Shown: in pieces, positions 13,213 through 27,592 of the stretch | How the letters are laid out: each line of letters begins with the position of its first letter | Position numbering within the stretch: position 1 is the first letter of the stretch | Made by a program: the position numbers and the translations under genes | NCBI RefSeq assembly: GCF_006345805.1 | Contig: NC_043008.1 | Span: 71,300,001-71,364,000, forward strand | Origin: Octopus sinensis | Lineage: Eukaryota | Direction: 5' to 3' | DNA length: 64,000 nt | The notes under the pieces: model-generated | Database searches by the model: none | What the model saw: only the letters and a program-made list of their open reading frames with translations | Told to the model about the DNA's origin: nothing

Positions 13213-14589
13213 GCTTCCTTGATACTAATCGTGGACATTCCGAGATCCATCATGTAGACATGCACATAGATACATGCATGTCTAAGAATGTATATAGCGA
13301 TGAGTGTATAAAAAAGATTGTTCAGGAGATCCTGACTTGACATAACAGAAGGCCAGTCATCTCAGTAGAGTAGTATTCATTGTAATCTAAATATGAAAGG
13401 ATAAATGATGATACAACCTGTCTCAGGCACAGATTAGTTTCCTGTTGAAAGATACGGAAAATATGGATAGAAGTACATCAATCTATTATTGCTCCGTACA
13501 ATCATTTACATAGTACTAGTAACGAGTGCACTCATTATACGTAATCACTTGTTACAGAGTGATTAAAGAGTTGAGAGCATAATTCCTAGACGTACTGTAA
13601 TATGGATGGTATATCTGACGTTTAAAATTGAAATCTGCTATGGTTCCAGAAGTATTAGAATGGAGGTCGTAATGCAAATGTATTGATTGTATATACACTT
13701 AACAATACATAATATCTGATTTATAAAATCTTCATAAGAATTTCGGGAATAGTTTGAGTCGAAACTGTACTCTATAAGAAAGATTTTGGGCGTTGTAATA
13801 TATCATTCATACATGCATACTCTAGGGTGATATAGTTTTTTCATAGAATATATTCTAAATTAATATATTTTCCATTTTGTGTGCAAAAACTTAGGAAATA
13901 GAAACTTAATGTGTTGTAGATTTTAGATCGTATTTCATGTGTATGTTTTCTCATATAGAACAGGTTCATTTTTCTTTTCGAGGAAATCCTACTACTCTAT
14001 ATTCAGTTATATAAGTTTCGCTGTCTTTTAAAGAAAGTTGTTATTAAATAACATTGATTTAATGCTGTGATATGTGATTGAATGTGGGTCAGCATAAACA
14101 TGGTATTCTTCATAGGTCCACGAGTTAGAAAGCAATCCCAGAGATTGGGTACCGACTGCAAAACTGGTTGTCCATTGAGGATATGAACTCCAACTACAAT
14201 GCAATTGTTAAAGATTTCCAATATTTGGTGCCAAAACTGGTTTAAAGTAAGTAACATCAATCAGAAATGCTTCTGATTCGCATCCTGGTGCAGCTCTGGA
14301 GTCATTGGAGAAAATCATTCGTGCTCATTATCAGAACGCGAAGTGGAAAGCAGAAAACACCTTTCTTAACTATAAACGACTGACTGTATTTAAGAAGCAG
14401 GATTGGGAGTAAAACGTGGCTCACGGTAGTAACAACGAACGGAAGTAAAAGTCAGCAAATCCGTATCTTTGCAGCAGTACAGCCACATTCTCTTTTGAGG
14501 ATGATGAACCGACAGATGCCAAAGTAAAGTAAAAGACTTGCAAAAAACAAAATGAAAAACACCATATATCAAAGCAATAAAAAAATATG

Positions 14590-14747
14590 GGATGATGTTA
14601 CCGGAATAAACAAACGTGTAACTCGTTGGCAAACATGTGTTGATTGTAATGGTACTTACTTTGATGAATAAAATTTCCGCTTTGTTGAAATATATTGTGA
14701 TGAATTTCATGTTTCAAAACGTTGCTGACTTTTTACTCTGCCTTATA
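14590..14747 (+). mobile_element. Mariner 3' end with TIR
   Basis: TGINKRVTRWQTCVDCNGTYFDE* (mariner C-terminus), then TIR-like AACGTTGCTGACTTTTTACTCTGCCTTA|TA into (TA)n; similar to the TIR at 11341-11370. Confidence 0.85.
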
Positions 14748-14755
14748 TATTGTAT

Positions 14756-14795
<40 letters not shown>

Positions 14796-15802
14796 GTGTG
14801 TGTGTGTGTTAAAACACCGAGAAAAGCGAAGCGAAGAACGAGAAGTAAAAGCGAACTATACGTATGACGACAGAGATTGTAAAAAAAAAAAAGATTTTTT
14901 ACACGTTTCTTATTTTCTTCTCTCTCTTGTCCATGTATTTTATAAAAGGCTCAATATGAACGAGCTTTCAGTAATGTACATTTGTTATAATCTTCGCCGA
15001 ACATTTACGTTGATATCTATCCCTGTGAAACTCATTGAATTTTATGTGAACATTTGATCATTTGATCGCTTAAACATGTTTGACCGATTTCTACTTCGGC
15101 TTGTTATGTATGTGAATAAATCTATTTTAAAACAACTACACGTTTTTCAAATTCAGGGGCATTTGTAAAACCCCAAACAAATTATCTGACATATATATAT
15201 TCGGGTGTAAGGGAATATATATAGCTGATGCGCACTCAATACTGTCTTTCTAATCTTTCGTTTTCTCTCTCTGTCTCTGTCATATTCTTTTACCTCCTCT
15301 TCTCTCACTGTTCTATCCTATTGCTCTGTAACTCTCTCATTCACTCCTCCTCCCTTGTTCACGTGGCTCCCACGTGACCATCGGCCATCGTCCTTGCTTT
15401 CGCTCCGTTGTACCTGGAACAAGGGAGACGTGTTCTTGTTTGTCTCCTATCCTAGCTTGATTTACGCGTTCGGCACCGCAAACTCGTTCAGGCTTAGCAG
15501 CCCTTCCTGTTTGTTTTCACTGTCCTACATGTGTTACCTATTTTGAATCACCGCAAAATCTCAAATTTTATTTAATTTGCATTACGGAAACAACTGTTTT
15601 ATCGAAAGCATATATTGTTGTTAAAAGCCCGAAATACGAGACTAGAAAAACAGCCAACAGCTGATGAAGGTTCCTTCTTCATGTTGTTTGTTTTGTTTTT
15701 CACTTGTGTCTTTCTTTTTATCGAAAGAATAGTTCATGTTCCTTGTACTCGAGCTTCGTACTTATTCGTTGTACACGTTTCGTGACGACCTGTGCCCACA
15801 TA

Positions 15803-15869
<67 letters not shown>

Positions 15870-15959
15870 TTATGCGTATAGATGTAAGTATGTACATATA
15901 CGTATGTATATATGCATATATATATATATATATATATATATTATTTCTATTATATATAT

Positions 15960-16078
15960 AAAATAAATATAAGAGAGTGGTCACTATATGGCTCACTCTA
16001 GCACCAGTTAATCCAAAAGGTTTGGATTAACTGGTGCTAGAGTGAGCCATATAGTGACCACTCTCTTATATTTATTTT
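15960..16078. repeat. Perfect palindrome: 58-bp arms, 3-nt loop (AGG)
   Basis: 15960-16017 is the exact reverse complement of 16021-16078, checked base by base. Confidence 0.95.
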
Positions 16079-16289
16079 GTAAAAATATTATATATATTAT
16101 AAAATATTATAATAATCCAGGTTTCTCGGAGCACTAGGCCACTTGGTGTTGAATAGATATACTATTAAATTAGTATCTAATTCTCTCACCCTTATTAATT
16201 AATTATATTATATATATATATTTTAAGCCTTATACTTGTGTCCCAGTATTTCATTCAAAGAACGAAAACGGTGACGCTTAGTTGCTCGA

Positions 16290-16500
16290 ACAGCGATATT
16301 GATACCTGGAAGCTTGACATATTCTTATGGAGACAGAGAAGTATTAAGCAAAGAAATAATTAAGTGCGACATGTGGACCGTATGGAGCAACAGAAACCTA
16401 AAATATTTAATGATTTTTGAAAATGAAAAGGCCACTCCGGAACTGTGTCTAATTGAGAGCTCAGAGAGGAATTACGCCAAATGGATGTTGTAGCGCAATA
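16290..16500 (+). mobile_element. Possible L1/Tx1 ORF2 C-terminal fragment
   Basis: KEIIKCDMWTVWSNRN...FENEKATPELCL resembles the W-x-x-W-x-x-R-N motif at the end of L1/Tx1 ORF2; short and degenerate. Confidence 0.35.
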
Positions 16501-17223
16501 ATCGAGCTTTTTTCTTGTTATAGAAAAGACTAATCGAGGGTTTTTGCTTCCTGAAGAAAATAATATGAGAATAGTAAAATGAAACAGAGGTTACAATGCT
16601 TAAATAAAATCAGTGGTCTGTAGTATCGAAATAACATTCAGTTACAGTAAATGTAGTGGGTGGAAGCAGTTCTTGAAATCAGCACCCAGGCATTGTGTGT
16701 CTCCACCGCAGGAACCAATAATTTTGTAATTAGGATTTAACATTATAAATAGGAGGAAAATAGACTATTGGTATAAAGCAATCTATTTTGAGGTCCTGAG
16801 AAGTGCTATAATCTACTGAAGGCAAAATTTCTTAAAGAAAACCATTGATGCACCTGACTAGGATACGAGTATTGATAGAATGGCAAATTGTGACGTTGCC
16901 CCGAAAATTCCTTTGTAGGCCAAAAGATTTCTAAAGCTTATATTCTCTTTAGTTTTTGTATGCTTCCCATATTAAAAAAAAATTCCATGTAATCATTCTG
17001 CACCTTATACATTTTAAACTTGTGTCATTTATTGCATAACGTCCTGTTCCGACACTCGTTTTCATATAATTTATTTTACCTAATGTGCGTGTAACTTCCG
17101 TTTATATGTTTATTGTGTGCATGTATCTACGTAATTATGTATGCATGAATGTATGTATGCATGGCGGTAGGGATGTATGTATGCATGTATCTTTATATGT
17201 ATGCAGAAGCCTTGTGACCAATG

Positions 17224-17231
17224 AGTGAAAT

Positions 17232-17330
<99 letters not shown>
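17224..17330. repeat. (CAT)n(ATT)n microsatellite
   Basis: Directly visible. Confidence 0.95.
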
Positions 17331-19219
17331 CGGCGATGGCGACGATGTCATTCCGATAAATTATATTGACTAAATGTCAAACTACGGTCGATTCTTTAGT
17401 CTTAAAGACAACTTTTATTGTTGAATAAGGTTTAACTGGAAGTTTCCAATATCTGACCTCCACCCCTTTCTTCCTCTCTCTAAATCTAATATCGTTAAAG
17501 CAACCAATCATACCGTAAAGTATTGCCTGTCATTTATTACATTTTTTGTTGTTTTCCTTTTGTAAGTAACGTTGAAATTTATATTATTTAGGTAATATAT
17601 TTTGCCCAACCAGTTGGTTATTGTTACTGTTACTGTTGCTATTGTTGTTGTTGTTGTTGTTGTTGTTGTTTTTGTTTAGCCCCAAGTGAACACTGACCTG
17701 GTGGACCTACGCTCATAGACATTCTATTTTGCAGGTTATTTTCTACTCTATTTTCTGATGCAACAAACGAGTTTTTTGAGATGGTAGCTAATACATTGTG
17801 GTTTACCTATCACATTTTACAACCAGTGGTTTGTTTACGTCGTAGCTTAGCGGTCGGCAAATAAGAGGACACTGCCGTAGGTAGCAGACATAAAATATAT
17901 ACTAGTGTTGATTTAGATGCCTAAATGTTGGAGGCAGTGTTCCTGAATGGCCATAGTCTACTCACTCAAACATGTAAAAGAATAAAAGAATTATTGTCAT
18001 GGAAGTCGATCGTTCTGTATCGGAGACGATGCTGTATTGCCTAAATGCTGAATAACTTTGTCTTTCTTTACAAGACCCATCTAGCGGCAATGGCTGGGTT
18101 ATATCATAAAAGTGAATGTATTTTAATGGGGGTATCCACAGCATTTCACAGATTTCACAACTGCACAAACGTTCTTAATATTTGCGGGTCAAGAACCAAA
18201 GATGGGTAAGTTCATATGAAACTGAATACGGGATGGGGGCTGTGCATTGGTTATTTAGTTACTGCATTTTCCTTAGTTTATTATACCTTATGTATTAAAC
18301 TCTGTGCTTACGGAACGTGTGGTTGAATAACATACAGCTGCCGCTCGGTTGCATTTCTGATCGAAATCCTTCGAACTTTTAGTGGTGTGTAAGAGTTACT
18401 GGTTGTCTGAAGCAAATTGGTGTCACTAACTGTCTAAAAATATCACATGCGATATACCTACAATTTATCATGGATGATGGATATTGATTCATATAGCGTA
18501 GATGTATTTGTCATAGACTAAACTAAGTAACGCAGATGTTCGACATCGCTCAAATTGAAACAGTAAAGAAATATTTCATTATTGAAAAATATTCCCCTTT
18601 TTTTCTCCTAAAACAAAGGTGATTTCCATAGTATGGACCTTGGTGCATTCTCCTTTGAAATGAACCGGATAATCACGACAGAAACGCGTTTTATTATCGA
18701 CCTGTTCTATGAAAGCTGACTTGGGGCTAAACAGCAAGTATAATAATAAGAACAATTATCCATTAGGGATCTCTAGGTTTTGGTTTCAAAATCATTTGTA
18801 TTTGAAGACTTCTCTCGTACCACAAATTTGTAAACATTGTTCGCGTTCATCATCATCCAGTGTTTCTGAAAAATATCTGAGTAAAAACAGAATCAGTACT
18901 GAACGAAGAAGTTCCGCCTCTCATGAAATATGGTAAACAGTTGAACATATTATTTCTTCTTGACATTGCATATAACATTTTATTACTTCTGTGTCTCCAG
19001 AGAGGTTTCACTTTACAAAATTATGCATAAAAGTGTTTTGGTAGTTCAGTAATATATATATGTGAAGATTATATTTAGTTCCAAAATAAACAAATTCATT
19101 TTCAGGGCGTAATCCCAAGAAATAATTTAGTTAATCTCTTTATAAAATCGCTCACATGGAAGAAAATCACCAAGGCAAAATATTTGTATAGAAGTGCGTA
19201 ATGATAGTAATGTAAATAC

Positions 19220-19263
<44 letters not shown>

Positions 19264-19303
19264 TTGTGTCAGTCTATCCATCTATATGTATATGTGTGTG
19301 TAT

Positions 19304-19359
<56 letters not shown>

Positions 19360-22300
19360 ACAATCTGTCTCTTCCTCTCTGTCTCTCCCTCTCTCTCTGT
19401 ATATATATGTATATATATTTGTGAGGAGAGACAGAAGAAACATCAACATAAAAGAAACAGAGAAACAATAAAAGCCATGCTAAATACATAAATAAGAAAA
19501 TAAAATAGATTAATGTATGCATAAACGGTCAGAAATTGGGTATTAGTGTGTTTCAATGTAAATATACATTTCCCTTATTTCCTCTTATATGATGAAAATA
19601 TCAATTATAGATATATTATATATGTAAAAACTTTTAAAAGGATTTAATTTCTTACAACCCTAAACAACAGGATTATTTTGTCGAAATATTTTTCCATCCA
19701 CTAACTTGGATTTATTCCGGAAAACAGACAGTATGTTGTGGGAAATGTGTACTTTTATTTATTAATATTTTGTGTATGTGTTTTGTCGTTATGTTATCCT
19801 GTGGTTCCGTGCTTGTTTTCAATTGTGTGAAATGACTGGACACGTCTCCATTGTTTACATTTGATCCATTAATTGATGTGTTGGAGAGAAATATTTAATC
19901 CTATCAGATTTTAAGAGAATTCCTTGTCTTCTAGAAAACTTTGGAATCCAGATATTTTCACTAAAGAAAGAAAATAAGAACATCGTGAAAGAAAATTTCG
20001 TAGAAAAAATACGAAAGAAAATTTCAATATACTTGTCTATATAAATAACGTGTGCTGCGTTAGGTAAACAAAAGCAGTGATATACATAGAGACATAGATA
20101 TATACACACACACACACATACCCACACAAACATACACACATACATGCAGACACACACACACACACCGACACACATATTTGTATATATAATGTTTTTGGCG
20201 TCTCCTTATGTAGATATCATTGTGTGTGTTACCCGTTATACCGAGCATAGCAACAGAGAGATGATGAGTTCGGTAAATTTATATCTATAGACGTATTTTT
20301 ATTTATTGATCTTAGTGTATACACATATGTTGTTGATGCTATTATCATTGTTGCTGCCCTTCGCACTCTACTTTGTCTTCACTGTATTACTTTCTTTTCT
20401 GTTTTTCTTCTAGAAGCAAGAGAATACATGGAATGCCTGGTGAAATGTGTTGCAGTGTTTAATTCCCCATTACGTTATGATAATAACTTTTGAAGGGTTG
20501 CATTAGCAGTTCAATTCCAGCAGTTCTAAATCTTGATATCTTGTTCTTACATACTCTATACCCCATGAGCTGGTGACAAAGTTTCAATCGACTGTGACAA
20601 GTGAATCATATTATACCATAAACTACCTCGATAAGTAATTGTTAGAGTGAGTTAAACAGTTGAGCAGTTAATATATTTATCAAACCTTGAAAAGATTACT
20701 GATCCGTATTTTACTGAGCCAGATAGATTGAGGAATAGCAAATTAAAGGGACATAAACACAAGTATTCTAACATGTTGATGCATTTAGTCCAATATCTTA
20801 ATGTTACCGTCAATTTATCAACTTCAGATATATTATTTCTCCATCTTGCCTTAATATAATAATTACGTAAGGATTTGATTTATTAGAAGGGTTTCATGAT
20901 ATTGACCACTTGTCCCTTGAAACATTTTAGTATGCAGTATATTTGATGTCTAGGTTGTTCTTCGGTCCGTAGTTGGCGTTGTCTTATCCCAGTATTACTA
21001 AACTTGCCAGTTGTCAACATAATAGCTGAGATCAAGATCGACTTTATAATTCTGGGACAACACACCTTGGGTGTAGCACTGGCTTCTCTGTGCTGTAGAA
21101 TAAAGTCAATTTCTAAAGAGAGTTGCATCATAGATACAAGAGCATGAATAACATGCAATTTTGGTCTCCAAAACGAGAATACTAAAATTCGAGAACAATA
21201 AAATTACTATGTGGTCACTGAATAATAAAGAAGCATTGCTAACATACTCCAGAAGAATGGTATGTCGAGGCAAAGAAATTAGTGGTTTCAAAATTATGGA
21301 ACCTATTAAAATTTAGCTGAAATGTTTACTCTGGTGAGATGCGACAGAAAATTTTGAGACCAAGATATACAATGATATTTATTTCCGTTATTTAACCATA
21401 TGTCAGTCCACATGAAAAAATCCCATGTTTAACCCCAGGTCAGACCTTATCCAGAAGACCTATGATTAGAGGTGTTGTAGTCGTCTAATTAGAGTGAGTC
21501 CTCAGCAACCCGATGATCGTGTAACCCGACGACATCTCTCTTCCAGGAGATTAATCATTAAAACAACCGTATCACGATACTGTCATAGTGTGTGTGTATG
21601 TATGTATGTGACATTTGTTCGTCACACCTGATCAATTATTTCATTACCAAACATACACTTCCTCCTGACAATAAGTTGTATATTTAGAGATATGTGTCTG
21701 CTTTTTCTGACACTTCGAATAACTGAATGTTGTTTACTTACATGTCAGACTCCGGACGAACAAAATTATGATTAAAGGTATTCGAACCATGACCTCCCCA
21801 TTTTTCACCTATTTTCCTATAGAATCTGGCGACATTTTCAAACCTATTGTTTTCTATATATCGGTATAGAGAGATGTGAAGGAGATTTGACAGCTATTTG
21901 TAGCAAAAGAAGTGACCAAACACAAGCTTCTTCATTGGCTGTTAAATATTGGTACTCACCTAGTCTGGCGCTGTAATATTCCTGTTAAATCATTTCCCTG
22001 TGGAAGTTGTAATATTCATGGTTTTGTCGGTGTATATCGAGACAGGTGAAGCGGAATAGTCATATTGGGAATCAAACGTGACGTATATTGCCTTCAAATG
22101 TGGTCCATTTCACCCACTTCCACCCCGTGACATTACCACAAGATCGAAATAATACATAAATTCTGCCAATAGTGTTTAGCACTCTCATCGATTCCCGCTT
22201 ATCAAGTTGGTATTAAATTAACCATATTATATAGTTTTGAAATTCTTTAGCACCGTAAAGATTATTAAATCGATTTCGTTTCGATTTTCCTTTATCTCGC

Positions 22301-22953
22301 TCCATATTCAACATCACATAATAGAGGAGATATTAAAAGAGCGTTTAATACCCGCCATTTATCGGCAAGGTTACTGAAGAAAAGGAAAAAAGGTTTTAGG
22401 TCGCTGACTTTGGAAAATTCCATTTTAGTTGTAAAAAAATAAACTTTTGTTGGTTTTGTTTTTCGTTTATTTAAACTGAAAAAGAAAATAATAGCGAAAT
22501 GAAAAAATGTAATTTCTACATCTCCAGATTGTTTATTAAAAAATAAAATAACTGAAATAATATATTAAAAATAAACAATGAAACTCTCTGAATCATTGTG
22601 AAACTTTAATATATCTTATTTCAACAGGCAACTATAGAAGCCGCTATAAATACACGATTATATTATAAAAAAAGGAAGAAATCTCCTACTAAATTTCATA
22701 TTGTATTCTGAGAGGTATTATCGCGAATTAACACCCAACGCGTTTATGATTCTACAAAATTCATATTCTCTTATCGAATTTTATATATTTCCATTTATTC
22801 TAAAAATGTGAGAATACATAAAAATAAAAATGCATAAAACAACTCATTCATATTTTCATTTTCAAATATGAGGATATATTTGTCAAACGTTATCTTGTTT
22901 TATATTTATCTCTTAGGAATTTGATTTATATCAGAGTCATGGGTATATTTTTT

Positions 22954-23003
<50 letters not shown>

Positions 23004-23893
23004 ATGTGTGTGTGTGTATGTGTGTGTGTGTATGTGTGTGTACATGCAGATATATGCATTATATATTGTTTGTATATATGGATGTGTGTGTGTGTGCGTG
23101 TGTGTGTGTGCCTTTTGTTTCTCTTCGCTGTTGTTGCGTTACTGGATGTTTCAATATGCGAGATAATTGAAGACTGGCAGTTAAAATGAGAAAGAAATCC
23201 ATATCACAAAACTTACTGTCGAATCTTTAGACATGTATTAGCAGATTAGGTTCTGAAATAAAACCGCCATGTTGTTTGTTTCTCATTTCATTCGCTTTAT
23301 CAAAAATATCAATATTTCAAACTTTCATGAATATATTCTTAAGTTATTGTGCAAAGATTAAGACGAGAAAAAACTGCAGCAGAATAAAATTTTATTTCAG
23401 CGTTGCCAAAAAAGGTATCTAACGCATAAGCGAGTTTCTTATTTATTCAAAGAAAAATCAACAGATTCCGATCGGTAATGCGTATAAGACTATCAATATA
23501 TATTGATGACGTTTATCTTCGTTTCCAATCAAGGGAATTTTTACATTTTCCGATACCAGCCCACTAAATGAATAGGAACGCAGCGAATTACTAATATTGT
23601 TAACTTCCAAATCGTCAAATTGGCTCAAAGACAATGTATTTATATAAAACATATTTGGCAGCATTTGTAGGGAATTTACTATCCGTCCATTCATCTATAT
23701 TCTTCTCTAGATATATTTTGTATAATTCGGGTAAAAACCTCGTTAAGTGCATTTAAGAGACCCTGTCCGTTATTTGACTGCCAAATGTGCATTTAGCCCT
23801 GCAAAATATCTGATTGCAGAAAAACATGGGGTAGTCAAGTAACAGCATAGGATCATAGGATCTCTTAAATGCACTTTACAAAGTTTATATATA

Positions 23894-24215
23894 CAGGGTG
23901 TGTAAGGTATTTGAGAAAATACCTTTGTAAGGCCGTTGCTGCATATTTTGCTAACACTGTATAATGTTTGTTCCAGAAAATAATAATGATAGACCTTAAG
24001 CTTACACAAGAAATCAATGGTATGCTGTTATTGTGGATATAAAGACTGAGCATAGGGACTTAGAAATATCTCAAGTTTCAAAAGTTGCCAGATCTTGCGT
24101 CTATAAAGTTTGTAAGGAGCTCGATGGCAACGTATTACCAGTATCAAAGCATAAAAAGCTTTCTAAACGCCCTGAAATCATCAGAACACCTGAATTTACA
24201 CAGCAATTTACCCAG
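23894..24215 (+). mobile_element. Tc1/mariner-superfamily 5' fragment (HTH region)
   Basis: TA|CAGGGTG start; DLEISQVSKVARSCVYKVCKELDGNVLPVSKHKKLSKRPEIIRTPEFTQQ resembles the N-terminal HTH and ...RTPEF linker of Tc1/mariner transposases. Confidence 0.6.
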
Positions 24216-24289
24216 CACGCTATAAAAATAAAACTACTGAACAATAATAATGATGATGGTGATGATGATGATAACAACAACAGCAGCGC

Positions 24290-24783
24290 TTATGCAGTAT
24301 CAGGCGGTGGTTATCATGGCTTCTGATCATAACTGATTGGAAGTGTTATCATGTTCATTAACTACTACGCTATATGCCCGTCAAATGTAAATAATGTAGA
24401 TATGTGCATCTCTGATCACGAGCAGAAGTAGCGGTGGGAGGAGCATCATAGCCATGCGTTGAGAGGAACTATTTAGGGTTCGGATAATTCACCTTTGGAA
24501 ACATGGGTGTTTTTTGACAACATCCTTAAACAATCCTTATTCAGGGACAGTTAGAGCGGAATGGGCTACTCGACTCGAAGAAAATTCTAACTGGGCCTCA
24601 CCTGCATGGTCCTGCGCTGTTTATCTTGATATGAGATCACTATGTCGCGCACATTTGGTTGTGATGCATGTGCCTGGTGTACACTTATCAGGCGGATAGT
24701 CATGATGAGTATACTGGGCTTCGTATATTTTACCCCAGTGTCACTTTGATGGAATGCACTGCTCTCTCACTCAATAATAATAA
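24290..24783 (+). repeat. Unclassified interspersed repeat ending in an (AAT) tail, probably a retroposon 3' UTR
   Basis: GC-richer block bounded by microsatellite, ends GCACTGCTCTCTCACTCAATAATAATAA; no coding motif recognised. Confidence 0.35.
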
Positions 24784-24789
24784 GTTTCC

Positions 24790-27110
24790 AGTATCTCTGT
24801 CCCTGCCTATGGAGCCTATCTAGGTCAACCGTACAGATCACAAATTTGTGGTCTCTGTAATAGACGAATTCAGATTGTGGACAACCTATGCTATTCCTAT
24901 CTGCTGGCCTACAAATTACCCTATCTAGATAAGATCTGGATGACCCGACACTGTTTGCTCATGTCCACACTAGGGAATACGGGAAATCCAATCTGAATCT
25001 GTCAGCCAGCTGGAAACGACTGAGCAGGTTTGCGAGGCTAGGTCACCACCTTTCCTATCCACTAGTCCCACTCAATCCGCACGTGCATACAAAATGGTTT
25101 TCCAATCGCCCACTAACACTAAAGAGCGAGACGTCCTTAGAAAGGCTTCTAGGCGTTTGAAGAATATCGGCTGCTCCACCCCACTAGGTGCGTACTCTGT
25201 GACTAGTCTAAAAACACTGCCTTCGTTATCGTTCACGTCCAGGAGTACCGATATCCTTTTGTGTCCAGGAAGATCGACTGTATCTTGAAATCCAGGCCTT
25301 GTCTATATATTACTGACACCCACCCCTTTGCCTGTCGACTAAGAGATGCGAAAATCTGAAAGTCATCGTAAATGGGATGTGTCAATGCCCGTGTGTCAGC
25401 GACCCTGGTCTCACTGACGTATATTACATCCAGACATAGCCACCTGAGCCCGTAGCGCAAGCGACCTTGCTTCCACGACGAACACAGGCCACGTACATTT
25501 ATACAAATCTGCTTCGACCCCTGTAACATGCACCCGTGCTGACCCCTGAAAGACCGAGTTGTAGTTTCATAACCACGTTGTGCCTATTTTGTTCTCCAAT
25601 GAGATATTAATCACCCGTTGGAAAAACGGTGTGTCACGTACTCTCCTGGGGCTGTTTGTGGTCGAATGGTTCCCCTACCGTGTCTGTTTCATTCGGTCTC
25701 TCTGGAAACTCCTTTAAAATCATCTCATCTTCTGGCCGTTAAACTGGGAGATCTAGTGTCATAAGAGTAACTCCGCTTAATGCTCGTATAAGTCTCTAGT
25801 TTCATACGCAACGTTTTTAGGCTCTAAAAGTGTTGGGGCTGTAGATCAATTCCTCTGCGTCAATGTTCTCATTTTGTGCTATGAGAGCCATCAGCTTTTC
25901 AGTGGCCTTCCTCACCAGCATGAAATTGTACTGCTGTGCGGATGGTTGTTGTAGTGACGTTTTGCTTTTTAAATTTTTTTGTTTTTGATTCTGCTGTGGG
26001 TGTTTGAGATGATGTTGGTGATTGCAGTGCTTGCAGTATGTTTTTTTTTCTGATGTTGTTTGTTCTGATTCTCTTGTTGTTGTTGTTGTTGTTGATGTTG
26101 TTGCTCCTGCTAATGTACCTTCCGCAACTGCTGTTCGTACTACTCCCAGGCCTGTTTGAACTACAAGTACTATAATTCCTACCACTCTTTTTCCCATGTA
26201 CGTTGGGAAGAGGGCGATTTTCTCGGTGCGACGCGTGGTCACCGAACTCTGTATCACCTACCCCTAAATATTAAAAAGGACCTCTACTCCGCCGAACTGC
26301 CTCGCTCTCACAATTTGGTGGATATCCTGCCATATGTCTTTCAATGCCCTTTCCACCTGATCGTGTTTAGCATTTTTGAGTTTCCTTGTCTTTGTGTTCA
26401 TGCACCTGTAAACAACTTACCGTTTGGATATTGCTTCAAGCACGTCATATGGATGTGTCAATTCTGCCTACCTTCCATTCATTTTCATATGTTTTGCTGT
26501 CTTGCTAGGTTTTTCTATTTTGTTCTCCATTAAGATGTTAACCAGCTTCTTAACTGCCGTGATATTTGCAAAAGTATCTTTCTCATCGCTAATTCCATTT
26601 TTGTTAGATTCTTCGCCGCTTTTACTTTCAATGTGGTTCTTCGTGTTTCTACAATTTCCATGTAGTGACGAAGACTTTACTGATTTCCTCCTCTCACCTT
26701 CTTTCTGCTTTTCATCGTTCTTTTTTCTTGACTCTTCTTCTTCTTCTTCTTCTTCTTCTTCTTCTTCTTCTTCTTCTTCTTCTTCTTCTTCTTCTTCTTC
26801 TTCTTCTTCTTCTTCTTCTTCTCTTCTTTCTCCTCTCCTCCTCTCCTCCTCCTCCTCTTCTTCTTCAACTTCTTCTTCTTCATCTTCTTCTTCCTGCTGT
26901 CAACTACCAATCATGGTGGGGAGGACGGGGAAGTCCTCGTGCAAATTACTGTACCAACTTCCTTCCTCCCTCCCACTTTTCTCTGCCATCTTCAATGTTT
27001 ACTTTCTTCGAAGCAAATTTTCGAAGAAATTTGAAAACAAAATGGCTTGTATCACCCCCAAAATGGGGCTATTGTTAATAAGCGTCAACCCCACGTCAGG
27101 TCAAAATACA
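24790..27110 (-). mobile_element. L1/Tx1-clade LINE: 5' UTR, ORF1 with poly-Glu N-terminus, and ORF2 APE endonuclease; 3'-truncated and decayed
   Basis: ORF1 from ATG near 26989 (EDFPVLP, (GAA)n, ARQFGGVEV, IALFPTYMGKRVV) is homologous to the units at 48-55 kb. ORF2 from ~25520 gives CINVRGL, LDVIYVSETR, YAP, LVLVGDW, RSYLDRV, DHKFV, RYWKL. Confidence 0.85.
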
Positions 27111-27180
27111 GTATAAATTCTTTTAAACAATTGAATTAGTTATAAACTTACAGCACTTCAAAAACACGTCCAGCTATGGG

Positions 27181-27183
27181 GAA

Positions 27184-27246
<63 letters not shown>
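27181..27246. repeat. (AAT)n microsatellite
   Basis: Directly visible. Confidence 0.95.
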
Positions 27247-27247
<1 letters not shown>

Positions 27248-27384
27248 GCCTGAGTGAGTTTAACTACAATAAGTTAGCGCCTATAAATTTAGCAGTAAGT
27301 AGAACAAAGGTGCATTTGCTAGGATGCATGTGGGGAGTCGGAGTGTCTCGGAGGTTGTTACTCCGGGATTCCTTGGTTGCTCCT

Positions 27385-27535
27385 GGCAGCAGCAGCAGCA
27401 GAAGTAGCAGTAGTAGAAGTAGAAGCAGTAGAAGTAGCAGCAGCAGTGAAAGTAGGAGCAATAGAGAAAGCAGCAGCAGCGACAGTGTTGGTAGCAGTAG
27501 CAGTAGTAGTACAGCAGTAGCAAGAGTAGCAGCAA

Positions 27536-27592
<57 letters not shown>

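Noticed and set aside
14115-14246. Plus-strand exon-like segment bounded by TTCTTCATAG and GTAAGT
   Set aside because: All three plus frames contain stops, and the minus-strand ORF is unrecognisable; at best a non-coding exon.
15600-15730. CTGATGAAGG near 15661 with CGAAA nearby, a possible hammerhead
   Set aside because: No stem II closes onto a downstream GAAA at a workable distance, and the nearest CCCGAAA lies upstream.
18818-18884. Putative minus-strand terminal exon (acceptor TTCTGTTTTTACTCAG, then YFSETLDDDEREQCLQICGTREVFKYK*)
   Set aside because: Plausible splice site and peptide, but no recognisable homology and no supporting upstream exons; needs RNA-seq or BLASTX.
26424-27116. 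230-aa plus-strand ORF with poly-Ser, the longest in the track
   Set aside because: It is antisense to the LINE ORF1 N-terminus, and its openness comes from the (TTC)n tract.
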